The notes under the pieces were generated by a model that did not search any database, was not told the origin of the DNA, and saw only the letters and a list, made by a program, of their open reading frames with translations. From Ignavibacteriota bacterium (GTDB lineage: Bacteria > Bacteroidota > Ignavibacteria > UBA10030 > CAVZMI01): 64,000 bases of DNA. A program made the translations under genes and the position numbers. Shown one piece after another: positions 21,201-29,366 of the stretch (positions are counted from its first letter, which is position 1; the number at the start of each line of letters is the position of its first letter). Location of the stretch: positions 804,108-868,107 of the forward strand of contig CAWIHK010000002.1 of assembly GCA_963835935.1 (NCBI GenBank), given 5' to 3'.

Positions 21201-21380
21201 GCGTGCTCTGATCTTTTCAATATTCGTCAAAGCATAAGGTTTTTCAATTTCACCATTTCTAATTTTTTCAAGTAATAATGGGTGAGGCGGTGCCTGACCA
21301 AATGAAGTAAATAAAAACACCGTCATTGAAAGAGCGACGATTAACATCAAAATTGATTTCATGGCAATCTCCTTCATCAA
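15294..21380 (-). CDS. Giant (about 2020 aa) T9SS-secreted multidomain protein: signal peptide, M6/immune-inhibitor-A-like zinc metalloprotease domain, about 8 BNR/Ycf48-like Asp-box propeller repeats, 6 InlB-B-type (List-Bact) repeat domains, T9SS type-A C-terminal sorting domain. Probable true start at ATG 21362 with GAAGGAGA SD.
   Basis: HELGHAAFGLPDLYD HExxH-type motif. Repeated YGVSF(T/A)DANNGCAVG..ILRTTNGGTTW units. Repeated YTLTMAVSP.GGGTTTPAVGV...GYRFVKW units. C-terminal NYPNPFNPSTQISF...KKMVMVK. Confidence 0.85.
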   Translation of the reverse strand: MMKEIAMKSILMLIVALSMTVFLFTSFGQAPPHPLLLEKIRNGEIEKPYALTNIEKIRARGVDMPWSSPHLRKLNEIQSINEPQRMFGSSVSPTGSWNALMILVQFSDKPAQVVATSFDNLIFKDSTGTLRNYYKHASYSKLDIVTVNLPSSIGWVKAPQTYSYYVNGVNGFGSYPQNAQKLVEDAVALAATKIDFSKYDNDGDGYVDGLFIVHTGPGAELTGSNNDIWSHSWTTSSPQSYNGVQIYHYAMEPEYWVTPGDMTIGVYAHELGHAAFGLPDLYDTDYSSTGLGNWSIMAGGSWNGYLGSSPSYPDAWCRIQMGFAMPKVVTANVLSQAIPEVEDSAKIFKLWKNGTPGSEYFLVENRQLTSYDQSLPNGGLLIYHVDDSVATNNNEWYPGHTSSGHYRVALEQADGLFNLEKNNNRGDPGDCYPGSQNNTSFTNSSVPNSQNYHLSATGVSVKNISISSFTMHADLVVIATDTILKVVFPNGGEKWPAGYTKQIVLNALNTGTLKLEYTIDSGATWNSIGDVNPSISKVASTAVSSMAYRSPKVKDIPAIDAVYTGSVIDWIVPNSPSKRCKVRVTDESNQKLTDQSDSAFTIFSPPAGQFSVEFNYNALSVTGGDGNLGVVFLPSTNQFWTSRWGSNLLHRWTAQGTLVDQFSISGVSNVMGMTFDGTYIYATSSSTTISIIDPTAKTLKGTITAPLKALFIAYDPTADNGNGGFWIGSWYSNLILINRSGVTLRTLPFANLGSSGNSGLAYDSYSSGGPYLWLASQDNSQLITQVSVATGSPTGIQHDILSNIGLGSSGSYSGGIFVSSGIVSGKATIGGILQGYPDKLYGYQLCDLAPNITVLSPNGGEVFRAGKSSTIRWTSGLVSNVKVEYTINNGTNWNTISASTTASNYALSWTVPSVASTQCKIKISDASNSALFDLSDNPFTITLKAPTTETEPNNTAATANNMEYGDSLAASISPKGDVDYYKFTASAKDTVEIYAADGNTSSLEGELFLYNAAGNLLAYDWWYTTLGNQKIIYPISSAGTYYIRYACNWGNFPNGTPRRDSLHKFTNILENVKNSPSLVSYDSGAYYIKLKKYTPVAPALSSFGFYYMDYNAIDLRIALFPNGLNTTVTLDYGTTSKYGTSIRVTESPVNSLGEYDLSCLLTTLQPNTIYHFRITLANSAGTTISGDLVLQTPALPDGFVFQNSGTSSWLYGVSFSDANNGCAVGLSGIILRTTNGGTTWTQQTSGTNYDLFSVSFTDANNGFAVGANGILLHTTNGGANWTQQVSGTYYELSGVYFTEANKGCAVGYAGKILHTTNGGANWIQQTSGTNNALWGVSFADANNGCAVGDGGTILRTTNGGTTWTQQASGTSNALYGVSFTDANNGCAVGTGGIILRTTNGGTTWVKQTSGMYYYLYGVSFIDANNGCAVGDYGTILRTTNGGTTWVPHNSGTTAFLLGLSYKNNNITIVGSDGKILRSAQNNNLTMAVSPSSSGTTTPAVGVYTYNKGTVVNISATPASGYRFVKWTGGVADSTKASTTVTVSTNKIVTAYFQKTYTLTMAVSPEGGGTTTPAVGVQTCDSGTVVNISATPAAGYRFVKWICGTATSTFQSTKTTMNANRTLTAVFLKTYTLTMAVSPVGGGATTPAVGVQTCDSGTVVNISTTPAAGYRFVKWICGTATSTFQSTKTTMNANRTLTAIFQKTYTLTMAVSPEGGGTTTPAVGVQTCDSGTVVNISATPAAGYRFVKWICGTATSTFQSTKTTMNANRTLTAIFQKTYTLTMAVSPVGGGTTTPAVGVQTCDSGTVVNISTTPTSGYQFVKWTGGVADSTKSSTTVTVSANKTVTAVFGFVLKTTIYSSQYADCITISPKKEAYLPGEKVTLIACAKENCTFIKWSGDVNDTSLQIEIIMDQEKTVSAVFGNKGDLKNQSTNSLPKDFSLSQNYPNPFNPSTQISFALPEDAQVTLEIYNILGTRVRTLLHDIHLRAGVWTETWNGLDECGYKATSGMYFYRFQAGSFITTKKMVMVK
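15830..16960. repeat. Tandem 222-bp (74-aa) repeat, about 6 copies, the 4 central copies near-identical at nucleotide level. Encodes the InlB-B-type repeats of the giant protein.
   Basis: Identical antisense frame-artefact ORFs recur at 15958, 16177, 16402 and 16624 (period about 222 bp). The protein repeats are near-identical. Confidence 0.85.
16930..17800. repeat. Imperfect tandem repeat, about 120-bp (40-aa) period, about 8 copies, encoding BNR/Ycf48-like propeller blades.
   Basis: Recurring ccaccgtt(t/c)gt(t/c)g motifs at about 17059, 17179, 17299, 17421, 17542 and 17662. Protein shows repeated TTNGGTTW Asp-box-like units. Confidence 0.7.
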
Positions 21381-21527
21381 GAATATTACCTGCTCAAAAA
21401 CCGATTAGAAAGCCATTTATTATTTCTCTCACACGACTCTTCACAAAACCTCAGATCGTTGCACGATCGAGATGATCTTACCATTTGATAATCAATTCGT
21501 TTCAACACTACCTCAATCATTTTATAA

Positions 21528-21815
21528 TTACTGGAATAAGCCTGACGTTGCTGCGTCCCTAGCCGCTGCTGCTTCATTGGCCGCTGTTGCTGGACAATCC
21601 GCAGCGGCTTCACTGTCTTTTGCTGTTTGCGATTCCTGCTGCTCTTCTTCTACTGTTTTTCCATTCATTAAGGCTTCTAGGTCTTTTGCCTCTTCTGAAA
21701 TGAAAGCTGTGTCTTTCTTCGCTGCCGGTTGTTGTTCCTGAGTGGATTCTATCCTTGGAACCGACTTCAACGATTGCAGTAAATTTTGTCCTTGTTGTAC
21801 ACTATAGATTTGCAT
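21528..21815 (-). CDS. Small acidic Ala/Glu/Gln-rich hypothetical protein (95 aa) immediately upstream of the giant protease gene.
   Basis: Strong SD (GAAAGGAG) 8-10 nt upstream of the ATG at 21815. Low-complexity composition. Overlapping ORFs in other frames lack an RBS. Confidence 0.4.
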   Translation of the reverse strand: MQIYSVQQGQNLLQSLKSVPRIESTQEQQPAAKKDTAFISEEAKDLEALMNGKTVEEEQQESQTAKDSEAAADCPATAANEAAAARDAATSGLFQ

Positions 21816-22432
21816 ATCGATTTAACTCCTTTCAAAAAAATCATGCTCCCCAAAAAAACCGAGTTGATTTCGCTGTAGACTTCATCATAACGTCCCAATA
21901 AAAATTGCATTCCACTAATTGAAAATCATAAACATTCAGGATGATATTGATTTCATTTTTATTCATCGTAATCCTTTTATTTGCTTAGAAACGAAAACAA
22001 TGCCAATTCTCGCTAGAGAAATAGCCTCATTAATACGCCTTTTATCATGCCATTTCAGTTAAAAATCGATAGGGAAATATTCGATAATTTTAGAATTTGT
22101 ATTTTCTTCAAATTTCTTCAGTAGGCAAAGGTAAAAATGACACTCAAGCACTCGACTGCAAATCGATAATTTTTAAACTACTTTCATTAATCAGCTTCCA
22201 TTGACTATTTTCTCACATTGATGCTTGTTCTCAATTAAAAAAATAACCGAATACAAAATAATACGTCAGCAAAAAAATCGGAGTGCATTTCGATATGTGT
22301 TAAGCGATTTGGATTAGAAGGATGATCTAGGAAGAATTCAATTACAACGGACAATCACACCATGAATTAATTTTCGTTAAAGGAATTACTCGATGTTATT
22401 CGTCGAAACGGGCAAATAAGTTGGCGGCATTT

Positions 22433-24379
22433 CTATTTGATATATACACACTTTTTCACATTGACAAAACCTTGTGCTTTCAGAATTATAAAATAGATTC
22501 CATCGGACAAATGCCCGGCATTGAAATGAATGTTATATTGTCCGGGTTCTTTATAATCATTCACAAGAATCTCGACTTCTCTCCCCAGAACATCGCAAAC
22601 TTTCAATTTAACGAATGATCTCTGTGAAATTGAATACGATACCACCGTCCCGCCATTAAACGGATTAGGATAATTTTGTTGAAGAGAAAATTGATCCGGA
22701 TTTTTTTTACCATCATTAATTTTATTTGTAGATGAATAATCGATCACCAGAACTAAATAGGCATCGAGGCTATCTAGAGTCACATCGATTCGATCCTTCT
22801 CAGGCCGCCATGTGAATAGGACGTTCCGAGTACCAACATCGGGAGAACTCTCCTCAATCGATTTAGGTTCCAGATCTGATGGGATAGTTATTTGCAGAAG
22901 AGTTCTAGGAACCAAATGGTAATTTTGATCTTCCCGTTTATTTATAATATGAACTATTCGTCGATTGCTATCCGGTTGTTCCATGATTGTTGTAACCAGA
23001 TCTGTCTCGCCGTGAAGATCGACAAGCGAATCTCCAACCCATTCAGTATTTGTGTAAAACTCTTGATGCTCTCGATACCAGTTAATCAGAGTGTGAATTG
23101 TATCTGCAAGGAGCGGTTCCTGACTCGCTCTATAGCAGTTGCCGTTGCTCGATATCGGCCAGGCAAGAATACCCCCCGATGCAAAAAGTTCCGCTGCATA
23201 AATCCGAAGCCAGAGAATTCGGTCTTCGAGCGGTATTTGATCGAAGAAGGGCATATTCGATCCCCAATCAAGAAATAATATGAGCGGAACTTTTTGTCCG
23301 AGATTTTGAATTCCCCAATCGATGCGGTCCCGCCAATGTCGTACATAACTTTTTGAAATATCAAGCCGTCCGTTGATAACATTCCAGGTATTCCATTGAG
23401 TCTCGATTAGAAAATCGATATTGGCAATTGATACATTTTTACCATTTACATTACAATATTTTTTAATAGCCGCCGTGAGATATTGCCATGCATAATGATT
23501 TCGCTGGTAGAGGTAGGTAGTATCTGCCGTTGTCCATGGATCTCCCCACTCGAATCTTAATTGGTTATTATCCATATATGGAGCATCGCTTAAATTTTTC
23601 CTCTGGAGATAGTGCCGGTAATTGAAAGAATTGATAGTACTATCAGGACAATCTGAAGCCAGGTCAATTCCGAATTGGGAATTCCAGCGCGAGTCGTCGG
23701 GCGCCCACCCTTTACCCTGAACGTATTTTTCGATTAAGAATAATCGAAAGGCTTCGATGCCATTGTCACCGTAACCTGTATACCACGATGCTCCACCATC
23801 CGGTTCATCCAAAAATAATGATTGGACGCCGGCGTCAATTTGATCGTATGCCCAGCGGAGAACAAAATCGAGATACTCAGTGTTCTGGATGTCGCCGTTG
23901 TAACACCCTGAAGAAGATGTGTGCGAAAAATATTCAGGCTCATTGTTGGGATTTCGGGAAACGATTCGTTCTAATACGTCAGGAGAAACTTCATCGGAGA
24001 AAAGAGCCGAACAAGTGCCTCCGCCGCCGAAATAAGCCCCTTTTGAATTCGCCTGCTGCGGCATCCATGATTTACTCTTAAAGCCCGCGCCCAAATTCCC
24101 CCATTTAAACCATCCGCGGAAAATCATATCCGGCTGGTAACTGAGAGCATCATCTAAATCCGACTGCCCGTAAATTTGATCGTACACAATCCAGATGAAT
24201 CGATTATCGAGGACAGAATTGCTCTCTTTAATAACTCTCTTAGTAGAGGCATATTCCAACGACTGTGCGTTTCCATGGTTCGTTATGAAAAATATCATGC
24301 TAAAAAAAACAAGAACCATGTAAAAACAAATTATTCTTCTTCCAAAAAAATATCTACAACATTTACTTTTCGTCTTCAC
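22433..24379 (-). CDS. T9SS-secreted protein (648 aa) with N-terminal signal/TM segment, a putative glycoside-hydrolase-like TIM-barrel region (unassigned) and a T9SS type-A C-terminal sorting domain.
   Basis: C-terminal QNYPNPFNGGTVVSYSI...VKKCVYIK. Trp/Asp-rich central region. Family not recognised. Confidence 0.65.
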   Translation of the reverse strand: MKTKSKCCRYFFGRRIICFYMVLVFFSMIFFITNHGNAQSLEYASTKRVIKESNSVLDNRFIWIVYDQIYGQSDLDDALSYQPDMIFRGWFKWGNLGAGFKSKSWMPQQANSKGAYFGGGGTCSALFSDEVSPDVLERIVSRNPNNEPEYFSHTSSSGCYNGDIQNTEYLDFVLRWAYDQIDAGVQSLFLDEPDGGASWYTGYGDNGIEAFRLFLIEKYVQGKGWAPDDSRWNSQFGIDLASDCPDSTINSFNYRHYLQRKNLSDAPYMDNNQLRFEWGDPWTTADTTYLYQRNHYAWQYLTAAIKKYCNVNGKNVSIANIDFLIETQWNTWNVINGRLDISKSYVRHWRDRIDWGIQNLGQKVPLILFLDWGSNMPFFDQIPLEDRILWLRIYAAELFASGGILAWPISSNGNCYRASQEPLLADTIHTLINWYREHQEFYTNTEWVGDSLVDLHGETDLVTTIMEQPDSNRRIVHIINKREDQNYHLVPRTLLQITIPSDLEPKSIEESSPDVGTRNVLFTWRPEKDRIDVTLDSLDAYLVLVIDYSSTNKINDGKKNPDQFSLQQNYPNPFNGGTVVSYSISQRSFVKLKVCDVLGREVEILVNDYKEPGQYNIHFNAGHLSDGIYFIILKAQGFVNVKKCVYIK

Positions 24380-24522
24380 GTTCAGTTCCGTTTCATCAAG
24401 CGTACCAATCCATCATCTCTTTATATACCTACAATATAATACTTGAGCGAATATATATTAAAGTCTTTTTCTTGCACTTATTCTTTCGTATATTTGTTAT
24501 ATAAATGAATTGAGGAAGGCTT

Positions 24523-24774
24523 ATGTGTTTAGCAATACCCGGTAAAGTTCTTGAAATATCACAAGAAAATGAAATGCTGATCGGCAAAGTAGCCTTTGGC
24601 GGTATTCAGAAAAATATTCGTTTGGATTGGGTTCCTGATGTAAAAGTGGGTGAATATGTCATCGTCCATGTCGGCTTCGCGATCAGCAAAATGGATGAAG
24701 AAGAAGCACAGGCAACGTTGAAATTACTGGAAGAAATAGGCGACGTGGCCGGCGAAGTAAATCCGGAATCGTGA
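24523..24774 (+). CDS. hypC: [NiFe]-hydrogenase maturation factor HypC/HybG.
   Basis: Diagnostic N-terminus MCLAIPGKV with Cys2. VGEYVIVHVGFAI core. 83 aa. Confidence 0.85.
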   Translation: MCLAIPGKVLEISQENEMLIGKVAFGGIQKNIRLDWVPDVKVGEYVIVHVGFAISKMDEEEAQATLKLLEEIGDVAGEVNPES

Positions 24775-24793
24775 ACAGGTCGGCAATATCGAT

Positions 24794-25222
24794 TTGCATT
24801 TAAAAATCTCAAACAGTATTTTGTTGACGATGGACGTTCAAAAACAAATAGATTATTGGCTTACAACAGCTGAGACGGATATCTCGACAGCAAAAACAAT
24901 TTATCAATCAGGAAAGAATTTTCATTACGCATTATTCTTTTGTCATCTCACATTGGAAAAATACCTGAAGGCGCTTGTGGTCAAGAAAACCGAAAAATAC
25001 CCTCCAAGGATACACGACCTAGAATTGCTTGCCGAGAAAGCGGAGCTACGACTCGATGACGATAAAATCCATTTTCTGAGAGAAATGACAGTCTATAATC
25101 TGGATGCTCGCTATCCTGATGAGCAATATGAGATTTACAAACGAGCTAATGGAACTGTAGCCGAATTAATAATTAATCAAACAGAAGAATATCTGAAATG
25201 GATGAAAGAGCTTCTGAAATAA
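24794..25222 (+). CDS. HEPN domain protein (toxin component of a HEPN/MNT pair).
   Basis: HEPN Rx4-6H-like motif (PPRIHDLELL). About 140 aa helical protein. Overlaps the downstream MNT gene. Confidence 0.7.
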   Translation: MHLKISNSILLTMDVQKQIDYWLTTAETDISTAKTIYQSGKNFHYALFFCHLTLEKYLKALVVKKTEKYPPRIHDLELLAEKAELRLDDDKIHFLREMTVYNLDARYPDEQYEIYKRANGTVAELIINQTEEYLKWMKELLK

Positions 25223-25515
25223 TAAATATTGTTAAGCGATTTCTAGAGGAAATCAAGAACGATAATATCAGAATTGCGTCGGCTTACCTTTATGGATCGT
25301 ACGCAAATGGAACAGCTCACCATGATAGCGATATAGATGTTATTGTCGTTTCTCCTGATTTCACAGATTCACGATTCGAGAACTCTGTTCGGTTGATGAA
25401 ATACCGCCGTAACATTGATTTACGCATCTCTCCTTTTGGTTATCGACCGGAAAAATTCTCGGATAATTTTTTGATTCCTGCCGAAGCAATGAAAAATGGG
25501 ATTAGAATTGTATAG
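25198..25515 (+). CDS. Minimal nucleotidyltransferase (MNT) domain protein, cognate antitoxin of the upstream HEPN protein.
   Basis: GS...DxD nucleotidyltransferase motif (YLYGSYANGTAHHDSDIDVIVV). Confidence 0.8.
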   Translation: MDERASEIINIVKRFLEEIKNDNIRIASAYLYGSYANGTAHHDSDIDVIVVSPDFTDSRFENSVRLMKYRRNIDLRISPFGYRPEKFSDNFLIPAEAMKNGIRIV

Positions 25516-25626
25516 ATAGAAGAAATTTAATCATAAATACTTACTCAGGAATTCCCACTCTGTGAAACTCAGTGACATTTTTGTATTCTCTGTAAAAATA
25601 TAATTTGAAGTATACACGTTATAGTT

Positions 25627-26364
25627 TTATTTTTTTAGCGCCGCTTTTGTAAATATATAATCGGGAATATCGACGTCAAGTTGAATGGAATCGATAAGAA
25701 ATTCGGTTCCCTCGCCTTCTTTGAGAACATCTTTATACAACATCGACTTAGCTATCCATCTGTTCTGAACTTTTACTATCTCACGCACATTCATTGTCTT
25801 CAAGAGTTTGCCGCTCTTCGCATAAAGATTCTCCTGTAAAATCACGAAGCGTTCTTTATCGACCCAGGCTTTCCTGCTGAAGTACGCGATGTCTTCCTTT
25901 TTTGCCGAGAGATCTAAAACCCAACATACCCGCCCGTTCATCGTTTCTTCAGATGATATTCTCGCACTATAAAGATTTGGCAGATGCGGGTCTTCCATCA
26001 TATCTTCGTAAGAAAGATCCGAGCCCATCATCGACTGACGAAGCATGTGCCCCGAAATGAGGATTGTCCGATCAGTTGATGGAGAATATGTCCACAACAT
26101 ATCTATGAGCTTCAACATTTTTGTCCCTTGTTCACGCGCAGGCGCAAGAAACTCCGTGAATGATTCACTCGTGCCTCGCTGCCACGATTTCGCTTCAACC
26201 GTTCGGCTGCCACGTTCTCCATGAATCAACATATGCACAACAGAAATTTTGCTCTGCGCGAACATATTCTGATCAACTTTTTTCAAAATCTCATCGCCGG
26301 ACAAATTTTGTCCGCACATTAATGCAATTGGTAAAACAAGAATAAACCAAATTAGATACTTCAT
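25627..26364 (-). CDS. LolA-like outer-membrane lipoprotein-sorting/carrier-fold protein associated with the FtsX-type ABC transporter.
   Basis: Signal peptide. Size and genomic context (co-oriented with two FtsX permeases and a LolD-like ATPase, 4-bp overlap with the permease gene). Confidence 0.55.
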   Translation of the reverse strand: MKYLIWFILVLPIALMCGQNLSGDEILKKVDQNMFAQSKISVVHMLIHGERGSRTVEAKSWQRGTSESFTEFLAPAREQGTKMLKLIDMLWTYSPSTDRTILISGHMLRQSMMGSDLSYEDMMEDPHLPNLYSARISSEETMNGRVCWVLDLSAKKEDIAYFSRKAWVDKERFVILQENLYAKSGKLLKTMNVREIVKVQNRWIAKSMLYKDVLKEGEGTEFLIDSIQLDVDIPDYIFTKAALKK

Positions 26365-27635
26365 GTTTCGAGCTCCTTAAATAACTGCGATGTTTGTCTT
26401 CTGTAAATTCCAATGCCCGACATTGCACTGCCGAGAAACGTGGCCAATAATCCAGGCAGCAATCCGATTACATAAGTCACAGGTACTACTTGTGCACGGA
26501 CGACGTCGGAAATCATCATTGTGTTGTTCTTCATCATCGAACCGATGTTGAAGCCGTGTATCTGCAGATAGTAAGTAATAGCCAATCCTATTGCAGTACC
26601 GATAAAAGAACCGGCAACACCTATTGCCAACGATTCAAGAATCATCGAACGATAAATATGACCCTTATCTTCTCCCATTGCAAGCCGCAAACCGAATTCT
26701 CCATATCGCCGTAGACTGCCGGTCAATCCAGTATTCCACAAGACAACGGACATCGCGAACACAAAGACTCCGATGATAATTTCTGACATGGTGACAACCA
26801 AATCGAGAATGTCGGTAAACCCGCTCTGTATTACCACCGTTTCCATTATTGGAGAAAATTTGTCGGATGTATTTGTGTAGTGTGAATTAAATTCACTTGA
26901 AATTATATTTGCTCTGTCTTCATGGTACAGATCGTCATGAAAAAAACCAAAAATTTCTCCTGCCGCGTGCTCCATATCAAGTGCTTGCTGTACATCGGAC
27001 AAGTCGGCGATAATTGCACTTCGATCCATCGGGCCAACTCCAAATCGAATTGTCCCGACAATTTTAAAATTAGCAGTTGCCATACTGCCGTTCATCGTCG
27101 AACTGATCAACGTTGCTTTTTGCCCCGGTTGAATATCGAGTTTCCTGGCAAGCTCGTCGCCGATTAGAAGATCTCCAGGTTTTTTAGGCAATTCTCCACG
27201 AACAAGCGCCGGCCGAATGTTCAGCACCTTCCACTCCGGACTACGCTCGGAGAAAAGATTCACACCCATGCCGCTTACAGCAACTTGTTCTTTTGTATCA
27301 CCTTTTTCATCAGGAATATCGAGAAGGCCTCCAAACAAAATTCTTGGTGTCCAAAAAAGATCAGGATATCTTTGTTGCAGTGAAGTGACAAGTGTGTCGA
27401 TGCCGAGAAGTGCGAGATCGTTTGGAAGTTGATCGATTCTACCGGCGTACGCTTTCGTCATCACTCCTACATGTCCAGTGCGATAGTGTGCTGTGGATTG
27501 TATAATGCTCGACGCTGCTCCGCCTATCCATGCATGCAAAAAAACTGTGAGCATAACACCGACTGCAACAATTAACACAGGAAAAAATGATCGTGATCGA
27601 TCACGTAATAATCCTTTTATAAGAAATTTAATCAT
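26361..27635 (-). CDS. ABC transporter permease, FtsX/MacB/LolE family.
   Basis: N-terminal TM helix, large periplasmic domain, C-terminal FtsX 3-4 TM bundle. Overlaps neighbours by 4 bp. Confidence 0.8.
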   Translation of the reverse strand: MIKFLIKGLLRDRSRSFFPVLIVAVGVMLTVFLHAWIGGAASSIIQSTAHYRTGHVGVMTKAYAGRIDQLPNDLALLGIDTLVTSLQQRYPDLFWTPRILFGGLLDIPDEKGDTKEQVAVSGMGVNLFSERSPEWKVLNIRPALVRGELPKKPGDLLIGDELARKLDIQPGQKATLISSTMNGSMATANFKIVGTIRFGVGPMDRSAIIADLSDVQQALDMEHAAGEIFGFFHDDLYHEDRANIISSEFNSHYTNTSDKFSPIMETVVIQSGFTDILDLVVTMSEIIIGVFVFAMSVVLWNTGLTGSLRRYGEFGLRLAMGEDKGHIYRSMILESLAIGVAGSFIGTAIGLAITYYLQIHGFNIGSMMKNNTMMISDVVRAQVVPVTYVIGLLPGLLATFLGSAMSGIGIYRRQTSQLFKELET

Positions 27636-28804
27636 GTCATCTTCCCTCTGAGTGCATCGGTCGGTTTTAAATGTGAAATTCTCCTTGTCGGCAAAAAACT
27701 GACTATAGTTGTAGCGACTAGAACTAGAAGAGTTGTTCCCGTGATCAAGCCAATGGAATAAACGGGGAATAGCTTTTCGCCGATAGCATAGCCTATCGAA
27801 TCATAGGCTTGCGGAAGGGCAAGACCCGTGCGGGCCATGTACGTGAGTAATGGTATACCGTAGATGGCGGCGACAAAAGCCGCGAGAATTCCGTGTAAAG
27901 CTCCTTCTACAGTAAAGAGCTGAATAATTTTCGACCTCGTCATGCCGAGCGCCATGAGCGTTCCCATTTCTTTTCTTCGACGGAAAATAGAGAGTACCTG
28001 CGTATCGAAAATCGCGAGAAGTGCGAGAAATAGAAGTACTGCAAACATAATGCTTGCCTGAATCGTTTTGCTTCGTGCAAGCATATGAATATCATGCAAT
28101 AGAAAATTCAGATTTTTGAACTCCCATCCTGAAATTGCACCCGGAGATGTTAAATCTTTTTTTAATATGACTATTGTGGCCTGGCCGGACATCGCCGTGA
28201 GCGTTTGCATTCGATCCAGCGGAATCCAGATTTGCCCGTTGTCTATTTCCTGTACTGGAGTCTTAATCACTTCTACAATTCTGACGTCTCGTGCGTCGAA
28301 CGTGCCGTGATTATCTCTCCATTGAACGGTAAGTTCGTCCCCTTTTTGCAACTCGATACTCTTCGCCATTCTGCTCCCGATTAGCGCAGGAATGCTTCCG
28401 CCGTCTCCCGTCAGAAGGAATGAAGGAATAGAAATAATTTTCTGATTCGGGTCGATACCACGAAGGAGGATTGTGCGGAAATGTCCGCCGGGATAAATCG
28501 TAGCTTGCCGCATGAGAATCGGCGTTGCATCTCCATTTTTCACAGGAGGCTCAAGTTCCGCTGGAATTACAGCATGAGCATCCGTGAGTGAAAGCGGATC
28601 GTAAGGATCGTACGCTTTTTGCCAGAATTGTCCTCCGCCGTAAAGTGCATCGATCGTGGCACGTTCGACTTGATCGTTCAGTCCTGTATAGATACCCTGC
28701 AAAAAAATAATTACGACGAACGATAAAGAAAGCGCAACGACATTAAGCCATGTTCGAATGCCGGCACCGAGTATGTTGCGTAAAGCAAGTTTGAGAGTTA
28801 GCAT
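27632..28804 (-). CDS. ABC transporter permease, FtsX/MacB/LolC family.
   Basis: Same architecture as the paralogous neighbouring permease. Confidence 0.8.
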   Translation of the reverse strand: MLTLKLALRNILGAGIRTWLNVVALSLSFVVIIFLQGIYTGLNDQVERATIDALYGGGQFWQKAYDPYDPLSLTDAHAVIPAELEPPVKNGDATPILMRQATIYPGGHFRTILLRGIDPNQKIISIPSFLLTGDGGSIPALIGSRMAKSIELQKGDELTVQWRDNHGTFDARDVRIVEVIKTPVQEIDNGQIWIPLDRMQTLTAMSGQATIVILKKDLTSPGAISGWEFKNLNFLLHDIHMLARSKTIQASIMFAVLLFLALLAIFDTQVLSIFRRRKEMGTLMALGMTRSKIIQLFTVEGALHGILAAFVAAIYGIPLLTYMARTGLALPQAYDSIGYAIGEKLFPVYSIGLITGTTLLVLVATTIVSFLPTRRISHLKPTDALRGKMT

Positions 28805-28858
28805 TGTATTCTCTTGAAATTACTAATTTATGGATAAATGGATTATTGGATTGATGGA

Positions 28859-29296
28859 TCAAGGATTGTATTCCGCCACATCCTCGGCTATGCGATCTGA
28901 CCATGAACCATCATCTTTTTTCTTTTCAAGACTTGAAACTAGTTTCAACAATTTATTTTCAATTTCGTAATGAAGCACATCTATTTTCTCAAACTGTTCG
29001 GAAGAAATTAGATTGGTGTCTTTCAATCCAATACTTCTAGTAAGTGTTTCTGATAGCGATCCCAAGGCGATATAAAGAAATTGAAGGTATTCACGAATCG
29101 ACCGTCTTGAATATCCTTCAGCAATGTTTGAGGCAACAGACTGAGCCGCGTCTGCAATTTGACTCCGCAGTTTGAATTCGATATGTGTCTCTCCATACAC
29201 AATCCCATAGATAAGAGAAAAGAGAGAACAGGCTTTTTGCCAAACATCGAGTTTCATATATCCCCGATTCAAATTTCGCCGTTTAGTATATTCCAT
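28859..29296 (-). CDS. Four-helix-bundle protein (23S rRNA intervening-sequence protein family, TIGR02436-like). Likely start is the ATG at 29296 preceded by GGAGGAG.
   Basis: Family pattern LDVWQKA...NIAEGYSRRS...FLYIALGSLSETLT. Confidence 0.75.
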   Translation of the reverse strand: MEYTKRRNLNRGYMKLDVWQKACSLFSLIYGIVYGETHIEFKLRSQIADAAQSVASNIAEGYSRRSIREYLQFLYIALGSLSETLTRSIGLKDTNLISSEQFEKIDVLHYEIENKLLKLVSSLEKKKDDGSWSDRIAEDVAEYNP

Positions 29297-29310
29297 GTTT
29301 ATATCTCCTC

Positions 29311-29366
29311 CACATATCCACATATCCATTCATCCATTCATCCATTCATCCATTTATCCATTCATC
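29311..29366. repeat. Octanucleotide tandem repeat, 7 units (CACATATC x2, CATTCATC x3, CATTTATC, CATTCATC). Overlaps the last 7 codons + stop of the ABC ATPase gene and the 5' leader of the four-helix-bundle gene.
   Basis: Read directly from the sequence. Confidence 0.9.

Noticed and set aside
21386-21741. Overlapping small ORFs 21386..21613 (-) and 21472..21741 (+).
   Set aside because: They overlap the better-supported 95-aa ORF (21528..21815, strong SD) in other frames or on the other strand, and have no RBS.
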